Assembly (NCBI GenBank): GCA_963821965.1
Contig: CAWGFY010000007.1
Span: 210,887 to 274,886 of the forward strand
Direction: 5' to 3'
DNA from: an uncultured Alphaproteobacteria bacterium
GTDB lineage: Bacteria; Pseudomonadota; Alphaproteobacteria; Rhizobiales; Xanthobacteraceae
DNA length: 64,000 nt
The notes below the pieces were generated by a model. It saw only the letters and a list, made by a program, of their open reading frames with translations. It ran no database searches and was not told the origin of the DNA. This document shows, in pieces, positions 30,185-40,169 of this stretch (position 1 is the first letter of the stretch; each line of letters starts with the position of its first letter). The position numbers were made by a program, and so were the translations under genes.

Positions 30185-31402
30185 TTATTTTTCCAGGCCG
30201 AAGGGATCGTCGACGGAGTGTGCCGGCTGGGTAAACCAGCGGGCGCCGGTTTCGGTGATGACCATGTGGTCTTCGAGGCGTATGCCGAACTCGCCGTAAA
30301 TGCAGATGGTAGGTTCGTTCGAGAAGGTCATGCCCGGTCGTAGCACGGTCTTGTCGCCCTTCACGAGATAGGGCCATTCGTGCACGTCCAGGCCAATGCC
30401 GTGACCGGTGCGGTGCGGCAGCCCGGGCGTCGCATAGCCGGGGCCGAAGCCGGCGCCGTTGATGACCCCGCGGGCGGCGATGTCGATATCCTCGCAGCGG
30501 TTACCGGGTTTGGCGGCTGCGAAACCTGCGGCCTGCGCCGCCTTCTCCAGGTTCCAGACATCGCGCTGTCGCCTGGTTGGTTCGCCGAACACATAGGAGC
30601 GCGTGATATCGGAGAGATAACCATCAACCGGCGCGCCGGTGTCGATGAGAATCATGTCGCCGTCCCTGAGCGTCTGCGGGTAGGGGACTCCATGCGGATA
30701 TGCCGTCGCTTCACCGAACAGCACCGCGTTGAACGGTGGGTCGCCTTCCGAGCCGAGCTTGCGGTGCGCCGCTGTGAGGAACGCCTGCACTTCAGTCGTG
30801 GTGATGCCTTCGCGCATGATGCGAGCCGCGGCCTTGTGAGCCTCGAGCGTGATATTCTTGGCAGTCTGCATCAGTGCGAGCTCCTGCTCGGACTTGATCA
30901 TGCGGCAGCCTGCGGTCACGTCGATCGAGTTGATGAATGTGTAGGCGTTGCCAGCCCGGCGCAATCCGTCGAACGTGAAGAACGGCGTCGCTTCGTCGAC
31001 AGCGATCGTCCCGCTCGGATAGCCGAGCGCGCGCACCGTCTCGGTTACGGTGGCGGTCGGATCCTCGTCCTCCTCCCAGACAGCGATCTTGTCGCCGAAC
31101 GAGATCATGGTCTTGAGTTTTTCGACCTCGAACGCCGGCGAGATGTAGACGATCTCGCCCCTGGCAGGCAGAACCGCGCTGTGCATGCGTTCGGTACGGC
31201 GGAATTTCAATCCGGTGAAGTAGGTCATGCTTGAGGAGACATCGAGATAGAGAGCATCGATGCCCTTCTCGCGCATGATCGCCTGGGCGCGAGCAATACG
31301 CTGCAGCCGCTCATCAACGCCGATCGGGAGTACGTCGCCGCGCATGTTCTTGATGGCGGCGAGTTCCGCCTCCGCAGTTGAGCCGCCAACGCCGACCGTC
31401 AT
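30185..31402 (-). CDS. M24 Xaa-Pro peptidase
   Basis: IDTG, SDITRS, HRTGHGIGLDVHE, SNEP, GIRLED. Confidence 0.92.
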   Translation of the reverse strand: MTVGVGGSTAEAELAAIKNMRGDVLPIGVDERLQRIARAQAIMREKGIDALYLDVSSSMTYFTGLKFRRTERMHSAVLPARGEIVYISPAFEVEKLKTMISFGDKIAVWEEDEDPTATVTETVRALGYPSGTIAVDEATPFFTFDGLRRAGNAYTFINSIDVTAGCRMIKSEQELALMQTAKNITLEAHKAAARIMREGITTTEVQAFLTAAHRKLGSEGDPPFNAVLFGEATAYPHGVPYPQTLRDGDMILIDTGAPVDGYLSDITRSYVFGEPTRRQRDVWNLEKAAQAAGFAAAKPGNRCEDIDIAARGVINGAGFGPGYATPGLPHRTGHGIGLDVHEWPYLVKGDKTVLRPGMTFSNEPTICIYGEFGIRLEDHMVITETGARWFTQPAHSVDDPFGLEK

Positions 31403-31427
31403 GAAAGACCCCTGTTTAAGTACGCTG

Positions 31428-32312
31428 TCATCGCCGGAACCGGCGCTGGACCAGAACATTTGCGGTCGCCGTCAATGCCAGGGTCGCAGTCATCAGGATG
31501 AAGGCCACGGAAGCACCGAACGGCCAGTTGTTGAGCTGAAACTGTCCATAGATCAGGGGACCCATCATCCTGAACTTTGGACCGCCAAGAAGGAGGGGTG
31601 TCGCATAAGCGTTCATGCCGAGGATGAAAGTCAGGATGGTTCCTGCAAGCAGACCGGGCAACGACAGGGGCAGCAGTACGCGACGAAACATTGTCATTGG
31701 CCCGGCGCCGAGACCGAAGGCTGCCTCCTCGACGCTGCGATTGACGCCTTCGATTACGCTCTGCAGCGTGAGCACCATGTAAGGCAAGTTGACCGCAATG
31801 ATTCCGGCAACGACGGCACCTTCGGTATACATGATCTGCAGCGGCTCACTGATCACGCCCACCTGCATCAATGAGACGTTGAGAAAGCCCTTCGAGCCGA
31901 ACACCGTCATCCATCCGGCCGCACGCACTGCGTTGCCGACGAACAGCGGCAGAACCACCAGCATGATCATCACATTTTTGAACCGGGACTGGGTGCGCGC
32001 AAGCACGTAGGCGAGCGGTAAACCCATGACGAGGCAGATAACGGTACAAAGCGCAGCGACGCGCAACGTCGTCCACAGTACGCCGGTATAGTAGGGGTCA
32101 GAGAAGAACTTGACGTAATTGTCCAGCGAGAAGGTTTCGACCATGATGCGCCGCGGGTCGAGACGATTGAAGCTGTAACGGAGCAGGATCGCCAACGGCA
32201 CGACGAGGCTGGAGGTCACGAACACCGTGGCCGGCCCGACCAGCGTCGTTGCCGACAGCAATGACGTTGATGCCTCGTCTGCCTGCAATTGTGTCGCGCC
32301 GGTCGCGGTCAT
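31428..32312 (-). CDS. ABC transporter permease (PotB-like)
   Basis: EEAAFGLGA EAA loop, multiple TM. Confidence 0.9.
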   Translation of the reverse strand: MTATGATQLQADEASTSLLSATTLVGPATVFVTSSLVVPLAILLRYSFNRLDPRRIMVETFSLDNYVKFFSDPYYTGVLWTTLRVAALCTVICLVMGLPLAYVLARTQSRFKNVMIMLVVLPLFVGNAVRAAGWMTVFGSKGFLNVSLMQVGVISEPLQIMYTEGAVVAGIIAVNLPYMVLTLQSVIEGVNRSVEEAAFGLGAGPMTMFRRVLLPLSLPGLLAGTILTFILGMNAYATPLLLGGPKFRMMGPLIYGQFQLNNWPFGASVAFILMTATLALTATANVLVQRRFRR

Positions 32313-32329
32313 CGGCTCTTGACGCCCGC

Positions 32330-33373
32330 TCAGCTCTTGAGCTCCTTGTCCCACCATTCCTTCAAGGCGACGTCGTTTTTGTTCATGTAGTCGTAATCGA
32401 GATCGACGAGCTTCTTGATCTCTTCCGGAGTGAAGCCGATGCGTTGATTGAGTTCGGGCGCGACCGTGGCGTTGGTGACCGTGGGATTGTAACCCATGTC
32501 GACGGCGAAGGCCTCTTGAGCGCTTTTTTCCAACATGGCGTCGAGGTAGGCGTAGCCGCCGTCCTTGTTGGGCGCATTCTTCGGGATGACAAAGCCTGAG
32601 ATGTAGGCGAGCGCGCCTTCCGCGGGTGCGATAGCGGCAACCGGAATACCCGCATTCTGCCATTGCACGACGCGCGCTTTCCACATCACGCCGATACCGA
32701 ATTCCTCCGCCTTCAGGCCCTGAGCGAATGCCTCGTTGGTCGGATAGATGCGCATGCCGGCTTTCTTGCATTCCAGCAGCAATTTCTTGCCGGGCTCGAG
32801 ATCGTTGACCTTGCCCCCGGCAGCGAGCGCCGCACAGACCATCGTATATTGATACTGGATGTCGATGATGCCGAGCTTGTTGCCGTGCCTGGGATCAAAC
32901 ACGTCCTTGTAGCTGGCGGGCGCCGGTGTGAACATTTTCGGATTGTAGACGCCGACCTTACCCGAATAGATATGGCCGACGCCATAGGGATATTTCATCG
33001 CCGGCAGAAGATTGCCGGCGTTCTTGAGCCGGCTGTAATCGATCGGCAATACGGTGCCCGCGTCGTGCATCTGGAACATGTTGAGCGCGGAAAGACCCTG
33101 AACATCCGACGTGCCGCGGGGCAGCCGTTGTTCGGCGATCATTTTCGAGCGGCGTTCGGGATCGCCCGCCTGATCCTGCACCACGTCCCAGCCCTCCTTG
33201 ATCAGGATCGGGACCTCGATGTTCTTGTTGAGCAGACGGGCGTAGTCGCCGCCCCAGGTGCCGACGACGATGCGGCCTTTCGCCTGCGCCAAAGCCTTGC
33301 GCGGCAAGCTGGCTGCGCTGGCCAGAGCTGCTGCGCCAAGCAAAACGTCACGGCGGGATTTCGGGTCGGTCAT
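32330..33373 (-). CDS. ABC transporter substrate-binding protein (PotD-like, Tat signal)
   Basis: SRRDVLLG twin-Arg signal; VGTWGG. Confidence 0.88.
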   Translation of the reverse strand: MTDPKSRRDVLLGAAALASAASLPRKALAQAKGRIVVGTWGGDYARLLNKNIEVPILIKEGWDVVQDQAGDPERRSKMIAEQRLPRGTSDVQGLSALNMFQMHDAGTVLPIDYSRLKNAGNLLPAMKYPYGVGHIYSGKVGVYNPKMFTPAPASYKDVFDPRHGNKLGIIDIQYQYTMVCAALAAGGKVNDLEPGKKLLLECKKAGMRIYPTNEAFAQGLKAEEFGIGVMWKARVVQWQNAGIPVAAIAPAEGALAYISGFVIPKNAPNKDGGYAYLDAMLEKSAQEAFAVDMGYNPTVTNATVAPELNQRIGFTPEEIKKLVDLDYDYMNKNDVALKEWWDKELKS

Positions 33374-33404
33374 GGCGAAGCCTCCGGTGGAATTGGTCAA
33401 GATA

Positions 33405-34457
33405 TTACGATTGAAATACGTGGCCTGTCGATTTGCTCCAGCTGATCTGGACCTGTTTTCCGATCACCGGCAGCGACTGGTCCGGCCGGTTCTGGACTTG
33501 CACGATGACCCGTTCCAAAGGCGACAGGCGCACGTGAAGATCCACTTGCGATCCGAGGTAGGATATGAATTCGACCGCCCCGGGAAAGCTGTTGTCCAGG
33601 GGCGACGCAGTTGCCGCCGCCAGCACAAGACGCTCAGGCCGCAGCGCAAGGCAGGCGGTACCGGTGCCATCAGCGTCGCAGGCGATAATGAGGCCGCCGG
33701 CGGAGACGAAACGTCCGGGGCCGTCCATGCGCCCCTCGATGAAAGTCGAGCGGCCAACGAAATCGGCGACGAACTTTTCCGAGGGGCGTTCGTAAAGGTC
33801 CTGCTGCGACCCGATTTGACGGATACGACCTTCGCTCATCACGACGAGGCGGTCAGCCATGGTCAATGCCTCCTCCTGGTCGTGGGTGACCATGACGGTC
33901 GTCAATCCCAGTTTGCGCTGCAGTTCGCGGATTTCGACACGTACCTCCTGGCGTAATTTGGCGTCGAGATTAGAGAGCGGCTCATCAAGCAGCAGCACGT
34001 CGGGCCGGAAGGCAAGCGCACGCGCGAGCGCCACGCGCTGCTGCTGACCGCCGGATAGTTGTCGCGGCAGTCGGTCGCCGAAATGGTCGAGCCGCACGAG
34101 ACGCAGGGCCTCGGCGATCTTCAGCGCCATCTCCGCTTTCGGCATTTTTCGCATCTCGAGGCCGAACGCGACGTTCTCGGCGACTGTCAAATGCGGGAAC
34201 AGCGCGTAGCTCTGAAAAACCAGACCGACGTTGCGTTTCCAGGGCGGCAGCAAGGTAATGTCGCGTTCGCCGATGCGTACGGCACCGGATGTCGGCTCGA
34301 CAAAACCGGCAACGATGCGCAACGTCGTCGTCTTGCCACAGCCGGAGGGACCGAGCAGGACAACAAACTCGCCGTCCGCAATGTCGAGCGAAATATCGTC
34401 AGTCGCCTTGAACTCGCCGTAGCATTTGGTGATGCCGGTCAACTGCAGGCGTGCCAT
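33405..34457 (-). CDS. ABC transporter ATP-binding protein (PotA-like)
   Basis: GPSGCGKTT, FQSYALFPH, LSGGQQQR, LLLDEP. Confidence 0.93.
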   Translation of the reverse strand: MARLQLTGITKCYGEFKATDDISLDIADGEFVVLLGPSGCGKTTTLRIVAGFVEPTSGAVRIGERDITLLPPWKRNVGLVFQSYALFPHLTVAENVAFGLEMRKMPKAEMALKIAEALRLVRLDHFGDRLPRQLSGGQQQRVALARALAFRPDVLLLDEPLSNLDAKLRQEVRVEIRELQRKLGLTTVMVTHDQEEALTMADRLVVMSEGRIRQIGSQQDLYERPSEKFVADFVGRSTFIEGRMDGPGRFVSAGGLIIACDADGTGTACLALRPERLVLAAATASPLDNSFPGAVEFISYLGSQVDLHVRLSPLERVIVQVQNRPDQSLPVIGKQVQISWSKSTGHVFQS

Positions 34458-34459
34458 CG

Positions 34460-35290
34460 TCAGACCACTCGGCCGATTTTGACAAAGCGATCGGTCAGCA
34501 GCATGGCCCCGCCGATAAACAAGATCTGCAGAACAGACACTGCGGCGATCGTCGGATCGATCTTCCACTCGAGATATTGGAGGATCGCGATCGGCAAGGT
34601 CGTGCGGCCCGGGCCAACGAGAAACAGGCTCATCTCCAGGTTTCCAAACGAAGCGATGAAGCCAAACAGGGCGGCGGCGACGATGCCCGGCAAGATGCCG
34701 GGTAGCGTGATACGCCGGAACGTGGTCAAGCGACCGGCGCCGAGGTTTTGCGCCGCTTCCTCGACGGCGCGATCCATGCCCAGGAGGCTCGCCGTGATGA
34801 GGCGAACCGTCCAGGGTATCGTGATCAAGACATGCCCGGCGATCAGGCCGCCGAGTGAACCGAGGATCGGCCAACCGGTCGCAATTTCGGTCTCGACATG
34901 GAAGACATATAGCGCAAGGCCGAGAACGATGCCCGGCACGATCAGCGGCAGCAATAGCAGGTTGTTCAGCGCCTCGCGTCCGGCGAAGCGGCCGCGCACC
35001 AGGCCGACGGCTGCGGGAACGCCGATGGCGAGGCCGATCGAGGTTGCGACAATGGCGACCTGCAGGCTGAGGAGAAATCCGGTGACGAACCTGTCGTTGC
35101 CCGGGACGGCGCGAAACCACTTCAGCGAATAGCCTTCCGGGGGAAATGAGGGAATCTCCTGCGCGAAGAACGCCAGCCAGATCACGAACACCATCGGCAG
35201 CAGGATATAGGCCAGCGAGACGCCGGCCGCGACGCCAAGTGCCACGCGGCCGACCCTGCGCGATGATGTCCACCCCTGTGCGACGGTCAA
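34460..35290 (-). CDS. ABC transporter permease (PotC-like)
   Basis: EEAAQNLGA, RITLP, TLPI. Confidence 0.9.
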   Translation of the reverse strand: MTVAQGWTSSRRVGRVALGVAAGVSLAYILLPMVFVIWLAFFAQEIPSFPPEGYSLKWFRAVPGNDRFVTGFLLSLQVAIVATSIGLAIGVPAAVGLVRGRFAGREALNNLLLLPLIVPGIVLGLALYVFHVETEIATGWPILGSLGGLIAGHVLITIPWTVRLITASLLGMDRAVEEAAQNLGAGRLTTFRRITLPGILPGIVAAALFGFIASFGNLEMSLFLVGPGRTTLPIAILQYLEWKIDPTIAAVSVLQILFIGGAMLLTDRFVKIGRVV

Positions 35291-35318
35291 GATTGTCTCT
35301 TCTCACCAACGCCCGCGA

Positions 35319-36554
35319 TCAATTCAGCCGGTTCTTATGCAGCGAGCCGGCCTTCATGATGAGGGAGAGATGTTTGCCTTGATCGCCCAGCAGTGCAAGG
35401 TCTTTCAACGGATTGCCGTCGACCACCAGCAGATCGGCGAAGGCGCCCGGTCTCAGGCAGCCGATTTTGCCCTCCATGCGCACGATTTTAGCGCCGATCG
35501 TGGTGGCCGAACGAATGATTTCGGCAGGCGACAGTACGCGCGCGCGAAGCGTAAATTCTTCCGACTGTGCAACCTGCAACTGACCGAGAAGATCGGTGCC
35601 ATATGCGACAGGAATCCCGTGACGCTTGCAGATTTCGAGCGATTTCAACGCACCTTCGATGACGAGATCGTTTTTAGCGAGCATCTCCGAACTCATGCCG
35701 TACTCGGTGGCATGCTTCTTCATCTCAAAATAGGTGACGAGGTTGGCGACCAGGAACATGCCTTTCTCGGCCATCAATTTGGCAGACGCGTCATCAATGA
35801 GATTGCCGTGCTCGATGGTACGTACACCGGCGGCAGCGGCGCGCGTAATTGCTTCCGGGGTGTAGGCGTGGGCGCAGACATAACGGCCGAAAGCCGTGGC
35901 TTCTTCCACCGCCGCGCTGACTTCGTCCATCGAGAACTGCAGGCTATCGAGCGGATCGTAGGGTGACGCGACACCGCCGGACATCATGATCTTCACGTGG
36001 TCGCAGCCTTGGCGCATTTCCTCGCGCACGGCGCGGCGGACCTGGGAAACGCCGTCGGCGATGCCCATTGAGAACGAGAGCGCGTTGCAGCACTGGCAAC
36101 GTATGCCGAAATCGGTTCGGCGGCGGCCGTCGCTGTGGCCCCCGGTGGGGCCGATCGCCCGTCCGGCGATGAACAGCCGCGGTCCACGCAACAATCCCTT
36201 GTCCGTCGCTTCCTTCAAGCCCCAGTCGGCGCCACCGGTGTCACGCACGCTGGTAAAGCCGCGGTCAAGCATGCGGCGCATCAGATCGGCGGCGCGCGCT
36301 GTCATCAACGTCAACGGCACACTCTCCAAATTCCGCTGTACGACGTCGGATAGGACGACGTGGACATGGCTATCGATCAGACCCGGCATGACGGTCCGCC
36401 CGCCGCAATCGACGACGTCAGCATCGGCTAATTTGATAGGTCTGGCCGAGACCTCCTTGATCGTGCCGTCCTCGACAATCAGTTCATGGCCGCTGCGCAA
36501 TTCACCGGCGTCAGGATCGAGCATCTCGAAATTCTTGAAATGGTAAGCACTCAT
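35319..36554 (-). CDS. Amidohydrolase-family metallohydrolase (prolidase/carboxypeptidase-like)
   Basis: PGLIDSHVH, GFTSVRD-GG, KIMMSGG, AHA, IEHG, GTD, ADLLVVDGNP. Confidence 0.9.
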   Translation of the reverse strand: MSAYHFKNFEMLDPDAGELRSGHELIVEDGTIKEVSARPIKLADADVVDCGGRTVMPGLIDSHVHVVLSDVVQRNLESVPLTLMTARAADLMRRMLDRGFTSVRDTGGADWGLKEATDKGLLRGPRLFIAGRAIGPTGGHSDGRRRTDFGIRCQCCNALSFSMGIADGVSQVRRAVREEMRQGCDHVKIMMSGGVASPYDPLDSLQFSMDEVSAAVEEATAFGRYVCAHAYTPEAITRAAAAGVRTIEHGNLIDDASAKLMAEKGMFLVANLVTYFEMKKHATEYGMSSEMLAKNDLVIEGALKSLEICKRHGIPVAYGTDLLGQLQVAQSEEFTLRARVLSPAEIIRSATTIGAKIVRMEGKIGCLRPGAFADLLVVDGNPLKDLALLGDQGKHLSLIMKAGSLHKNRLN

Positions 36555-36628
36555 GGCTGCGTTCACAAATCCGCTAATTGCATGGTCGAAATGTCCTATG
36601 CTGATTTGTCTGCGTCAATGGTGTTCGC

Positions 36629-37642
36629 TCACTCTGCGTGCACGCCGCTCTCCTCGATCACCCTGGCCCACTTCGCGGTTTCGCTGTCTATGTAGGTCTT
36701 GAAGTCCGCGGGCGACTTGCTGCTGACCGCGATCGCGCCACCCTTGCGCATGCGCGCCCGAATCTCGGGATCGGCAAGCACCTTGGCGATCGCGGCGTGC
36801 AGCATGTCGACGATCGGCCGCGGCGTACCAGTTGGCACCAGCACGCCCTGCCAGGATGACGTCACGAGGTTCTTCCATCCGAGTTCGTACATGGTCGGTA
36901 TGTCCGGCAGATCAGTGATTCGCTCTCGCGTGGTGACGGCAAGTGCCTTGACCTTGTTCTCCCTCACGAACTCGATCGCCGACGAAAGAGTAGTGAACAT
37001 GAGGTCGACGTGTCCGCCGAGGACGTCCATCACCGCCGGTCCAGCGCCGCCCTTGTAGGGCACATGCACCATGTCGAGCCCCGCGTCCTTCTTCAGAACC
37101 TCCATTTCCAGCCGATTGAGGGTGCTGCTGCCGGGTGTGGCAAAGGTGACCTTACCCTGGTTCGCCTTCACATAGGTGATCAGTTCGTTGACGGTGTTGA
37201 CCGGCAAGTCCGGTCGGGTGATCAGGATGCTTGGCGTATCGGCGCAAATCGTAACCGGCGCGAGATCCTTGTCGGGCTTGATGCGCATGTTGGAAGCGTA
37301 GACGCCGGGGTTGATGGAGAGGGTGCCTATATTGCCGAGAAAAGTTGTGTAGCCGTCCGGCGCCGCACGGGCTGCATACTCCGTTCCGATCAAACCCGCC
37401 GCGCCCGGCCGATTGTCGACCACGATCTGCTGGCCGAGGATGTCGCTGACGCCGTGCTGGATGATGCGGGCGACGAAATCGGAAGCGCCGCCGGGCGCGA
37501 ACGGCACGATCATCATGACCGGTCTGTTGTGATAGTTGCCGGCGTCCTGGGCGGTGGCGGCCGCGCCAAGCAGGAAAAACAGTGTGCTGCCGACCGCGAA
37601 ACCAATTCCGGTTGCTAATCGCTCTCGCAATACCAAGGCCAT
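36629..37642 (-). CDS. Tripartite tricarboxylate transporter substrate-binding protein (Bug/TctC)
   Basis: VPFAPGGASD, NRPGAAG, PDGYT, HVPYKGG. Confidence 0.92.
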   Translation of the reverse strand: MALVLRERLATGIGFAVGSTLFFLLGAAATAQDAGNYHNRPVMMIVPFAPGGASDFVARIIQHGVSDILGQQIVVDNRPGAAGLIGTEYAARAAPDGYTTFLGNIGTLSINPGVYASNMRIKPDKDLAPVTICADTPSILITRPDLPVNTVNELITYVKANQGKVTFATPGSSTLNRLEMEVLKKDAGLDMVHVPYKGGAGPAVMDVLGGHVDLMFTTLSSAIEFVRENKVKALAVTTRERITDLPDIPTMYELGWKNLVTSSWQGVLVPTGTPRPIVDMLHAAIAKVLADPEIRARMRKGGAIAVSSKSPADFKTYIDSETAKWARVIEESGVHAE

Positions 37643-37794
37643 TGTCTACCTCAATAGACCCGAAGCGGACATCATACCGATCAAGCCCAGTACTCGCTAC
37701 ATGGCGAGTCTCAAGAGCAGGCCCTCAAAGGCGTTTCCATTCATTCCGATGTCCGTTACTGTTGCTGTCAAAAAGCGATCGGTGGGGAGAAGCA

Positions 37795-38844
37795 ATGGAA
37801 TTTGGTCTATTCCACGAGTTTCAAAAATCCCGGGATACGAGCGAAGCAGAAGCTTTCTCGCAGTCCTTCGCGCTCGTCGACGCCGCCGAGCAGTGGGGTC
37901 TCGATGTCATGTGGCTTGCGGAGCTACATTTCGTGCCCGATCGCTCCGTCTTGGCATCACCATTGATCCTTGCTGCCGCCATTGCCCAGCGCACGCGCCG
38001 GATGAGGATTGGCACCGCAGTTCAGGTATTGCCGCTTTGCCATCCCCTGCGGCTCGCCGAGGAAGCTGCCACCGTCGACCAGATCAGTGACGGACGCCTC
38101 ATCTTTGGCGTCGGACGCAGCGGGTTTCCCCGCACCTATGAGGCCTACGGCGTTCCCTATGAAGAAAGTCGCGAGCGCTTCGCTGAGACGCTGGAGATTA
38201 TCAAGCGGGCCTGGACCGAGGAACGCTTCTCGTATCGCGGAAAATATTTTGCCTACGACAAGGTGGCATTGGTACCGAAGCCTCGCCAGAAGCCGTATCC
38301 GCCGATCCGCATCGCCGCGACCAGCGTCGATACCTATGCCGCGATCGGAGCGCAGGGTCACGCCATCTTCGTCGCCGCCCGTATCGGCACGATCTCGGAG
38401 CTGGCGCCGCTGGTGCGCGGCTATCGCGAAGCCTATCGCGCCGCCGGCCATCCCGGCACGGGAGAGGTCTATCTGCGTGTGCCTGTCTATATCGCCGAGA
38501 CCGAGGAGCGCGCGCGGCGCGAGCCCGAGGAAAGCGTCATGCACCTGTTCCGCACCATCGGCGGCCAGCTCGAGGCTTCCGCGAACCTGTCGGGCGCGCG
38601 CGCCATCGAGCAGCGCGCCGAGCGCGGCCAGCGGCTGCAGAGCGTCGATTACGAAGAAGCGCTACGCGACAAGATGATCGTTGGTACGCCCGATCAGGTG
38701 ACGGAAAAACTGCAACGCCTGCGTCAGGAGATCGGGCTCGACGGTATTCTGGCCGAACTCAACCCCGGCAGCCTCATTCCGCATGCGCTTGTGATGAATG
38801 CCTTGCGCCTGCTCTGCCAGGAAGTCGTGCCGCACTTCCACTAG
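37795..38844 (+). CDS. Luciferase-like (LLM) flavin-dependent oxidoreductase
   Basis: WLAELHF, IGTAV, HPLRLAEE-ATVD-ISDGR, GTPDQV, QEVVPHF. Confidence 0.9.
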   Translation: MEFGLFHEFQKSRDTSEAEAFSQSFALVDAAEQWGLDVMWLAELHFVPDRSVLASPLILAAAIAQRTRRMRIGTAVQVLPLCHPLRLAEEAATVDQISDGRLIFGVGRSGFPRTYEAYGVPYEESRERFAETLEIIKRAWTEERFSYRGKYFAYDKVALVPKPRQKPYPPIRIAATSVDTYAAIGAQGHAIFVAARIGTISELAPLVRGYREAYRAAGHPGTGEVYLRVPVYIAETEERARREPEESVMHLFRTIGGQLEASANLSGARAIEQRAERGQRLQSVDYEEALRDKMIVGTPDQVTEKLQRLRQEIGLDGILAELNPGSLIPHALVMNALRLLCQEVVPHFH

Positions 38845-39019
38845 CAACATTTTATCAGTTACCCGCGTCAGCGATCGTGCGCAGTGTCGCTGTCGATGCA
38901 TCCAAAAGCGAGCGCGTGACTTACCTCAGCGCTGGGCGACACGCCGCGCCGCGATCTCGAACTTCAAGCAGACCGACCGGTTGCGCAGCTATGGCCTGCC
39001 CGCCGGGTGCAATCGAAAA

Positions 39020-39235
39020 TCACGCCTGACCCTTCGGGATGTATTTGCCCAGCACGCATTTGTAGCTTTGCAAGGTCCAGCTTCGGTACGGGCCGTTCCG
39101 AAGCCACTCGGCAATGCCTGCCTGAGCATGAACCGCGCAATCCATCATCGAGATGCTCGACTGATCGCTGTTGGTGACGACCTTTTCCAGACAGATTTGA
39201 CTGTTGCAGAGCACTGCGACGAGCGTAACGAGCAT
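39020..39235 (-). CDS. Small 4-Cys hypothetical protein (71 aa)
   Basis: GGAG RBS; same Cys/IAxW pattern as 47501..47710. Confidence 0.75.
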   Translation of the reverse strand: MLVTLVAVLCNSQICLEKVVTNSDQSSISMMDCAVHAQAGIAEWLRNGPYRSWTLQSYKCVLGKYIPKGQA

Positions 39236-39390
39236 GGAATCTCCATGAGCGGGGACGATTCGGCTCATTTTAACATGCAGTGATCGTGCCAGCGGGTGGG
39301 CACCCGCCCGTATAATTACGGGCAAACCCGAAAACCAAAATCTGTCAGGGCCTTACCTTCGCCGCACGGCGGCAAGAAGCTGTGGACCGC

Positions 39391-39467
39391 GAGAAGCGGC
39401 CTCGCCGCGGGACGCGCGCGAGGCCGCAGTTTTGCTCAGGGAGGAAGGCTGGATTTGAAACCAGTCG
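39391..39467 (-). ncRNA. Putative suhB/MmgR-like small RNA
   Basis: Minus strand: short hairpin CUGG...CCAG, unpaired anti-SD CCUUCCUCCCU, then 10-bp stem GCGGCCUCGC/GCGAGGCCGC with UUCUC tail; AATAAT -10-like hexamer just upstream. Confidence 0.55.
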
Positions 39468-39575
39468 TTATTATTGCCGGTGCGGGGGAAGAGGCGGCCG
39501 GCCCGTCGCACAAACCGGCGACCCCGCGCAGCAGTCGAGTTGCTGCGCGTTTGCCTCGCCCCGAACCGCCGTGGC

Positions 39576-40139
39576 TCAGGCGGCCTTCGCCTTGGAGACG
39601 TGGGTTGCGATCGCGTCCATCAGCGGCGGCGACAGGCAGTCGTAGGGCTCAAGACCGAGCTCCTTCAGCCGGTGCCTGATGCCGTCCATCTGCTCCGGCT
39701 TGACGCCGGCCTCGATGACCGAGGACACGAAGGCCGCAAATCCCGGCGCCGCGGAGCCGGATTCCTGGAACAACTCGGGGTGAATGAAGTCGAGGCCGTA
39801 GAACGGATGGCCCTTGTTCTCGATGCGGCCATACATATGCGTGCCGCACGCCTTGCAGGCGTAGCGCTGGATCGTCTTCGAGGCGTCGACGATATGCAGC
39901 TTGTCGCCGTTCTCGAGCACGGTGACGTTCTGGCGCGGCACCACGGCAACCACCGAGAACGTTGCGCCGTCCGGCTTCCAGCATTGGGTGCAGCCGCAGG
40001 CGTGATTATGCGCGACGTCACCCTTGATGCCGACCTTGACCGGCTTGTCCTTGCATTTGCAGACCAGCGTTCCGCCGGCGAAATTGCCCGAGCCTTTCTT
40101 CACGCCGCTGTCGACCGAGGGATGGATATGAACGTTCAT
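39576..40139 (-). CDS. gfa: Glutathione-dependent formaldehyde-activating enzyme
   Basis: [35 protein letters not shown]. Confidence 0.96.
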   Translation of the reverse strand: MNVHIHPSVDSGVKKGSGNFAGGTLVCKCKDKPVKVGIKGDVAHNHACGCTQCWKPDGATFSVVAVVPRQNVTVLENGDKLHIVDASKTIQRYACKACGTHMYGRIENKGHPFYGLDFIHPELFQESGSAAPGFAAFVSSVIEAGVKPEQMDGIRHRLKELGLEPYDCLSPPLMDAIATHVSKAKAA

Positions 40140-40169
40140 GGGCCTATCCTCCTTGTGTTTGATTTCTTG

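Noticed and set aside
38930-39015. Coding-like stretch AISNFKQTDRLRSYGLPAG
   Set aside because: May be a gene remnant at the islet edge, but it is too short, has no start or RBS, and I cannot assign a family without BLASTx.
27480-39570. attR direct repeat of the tRNA-Pro 3' end closing the island
   Set aside because: No second copy of AATCCTGCCACTCCGACCA was found by eye in the window, so the island's right boundary is undefined.
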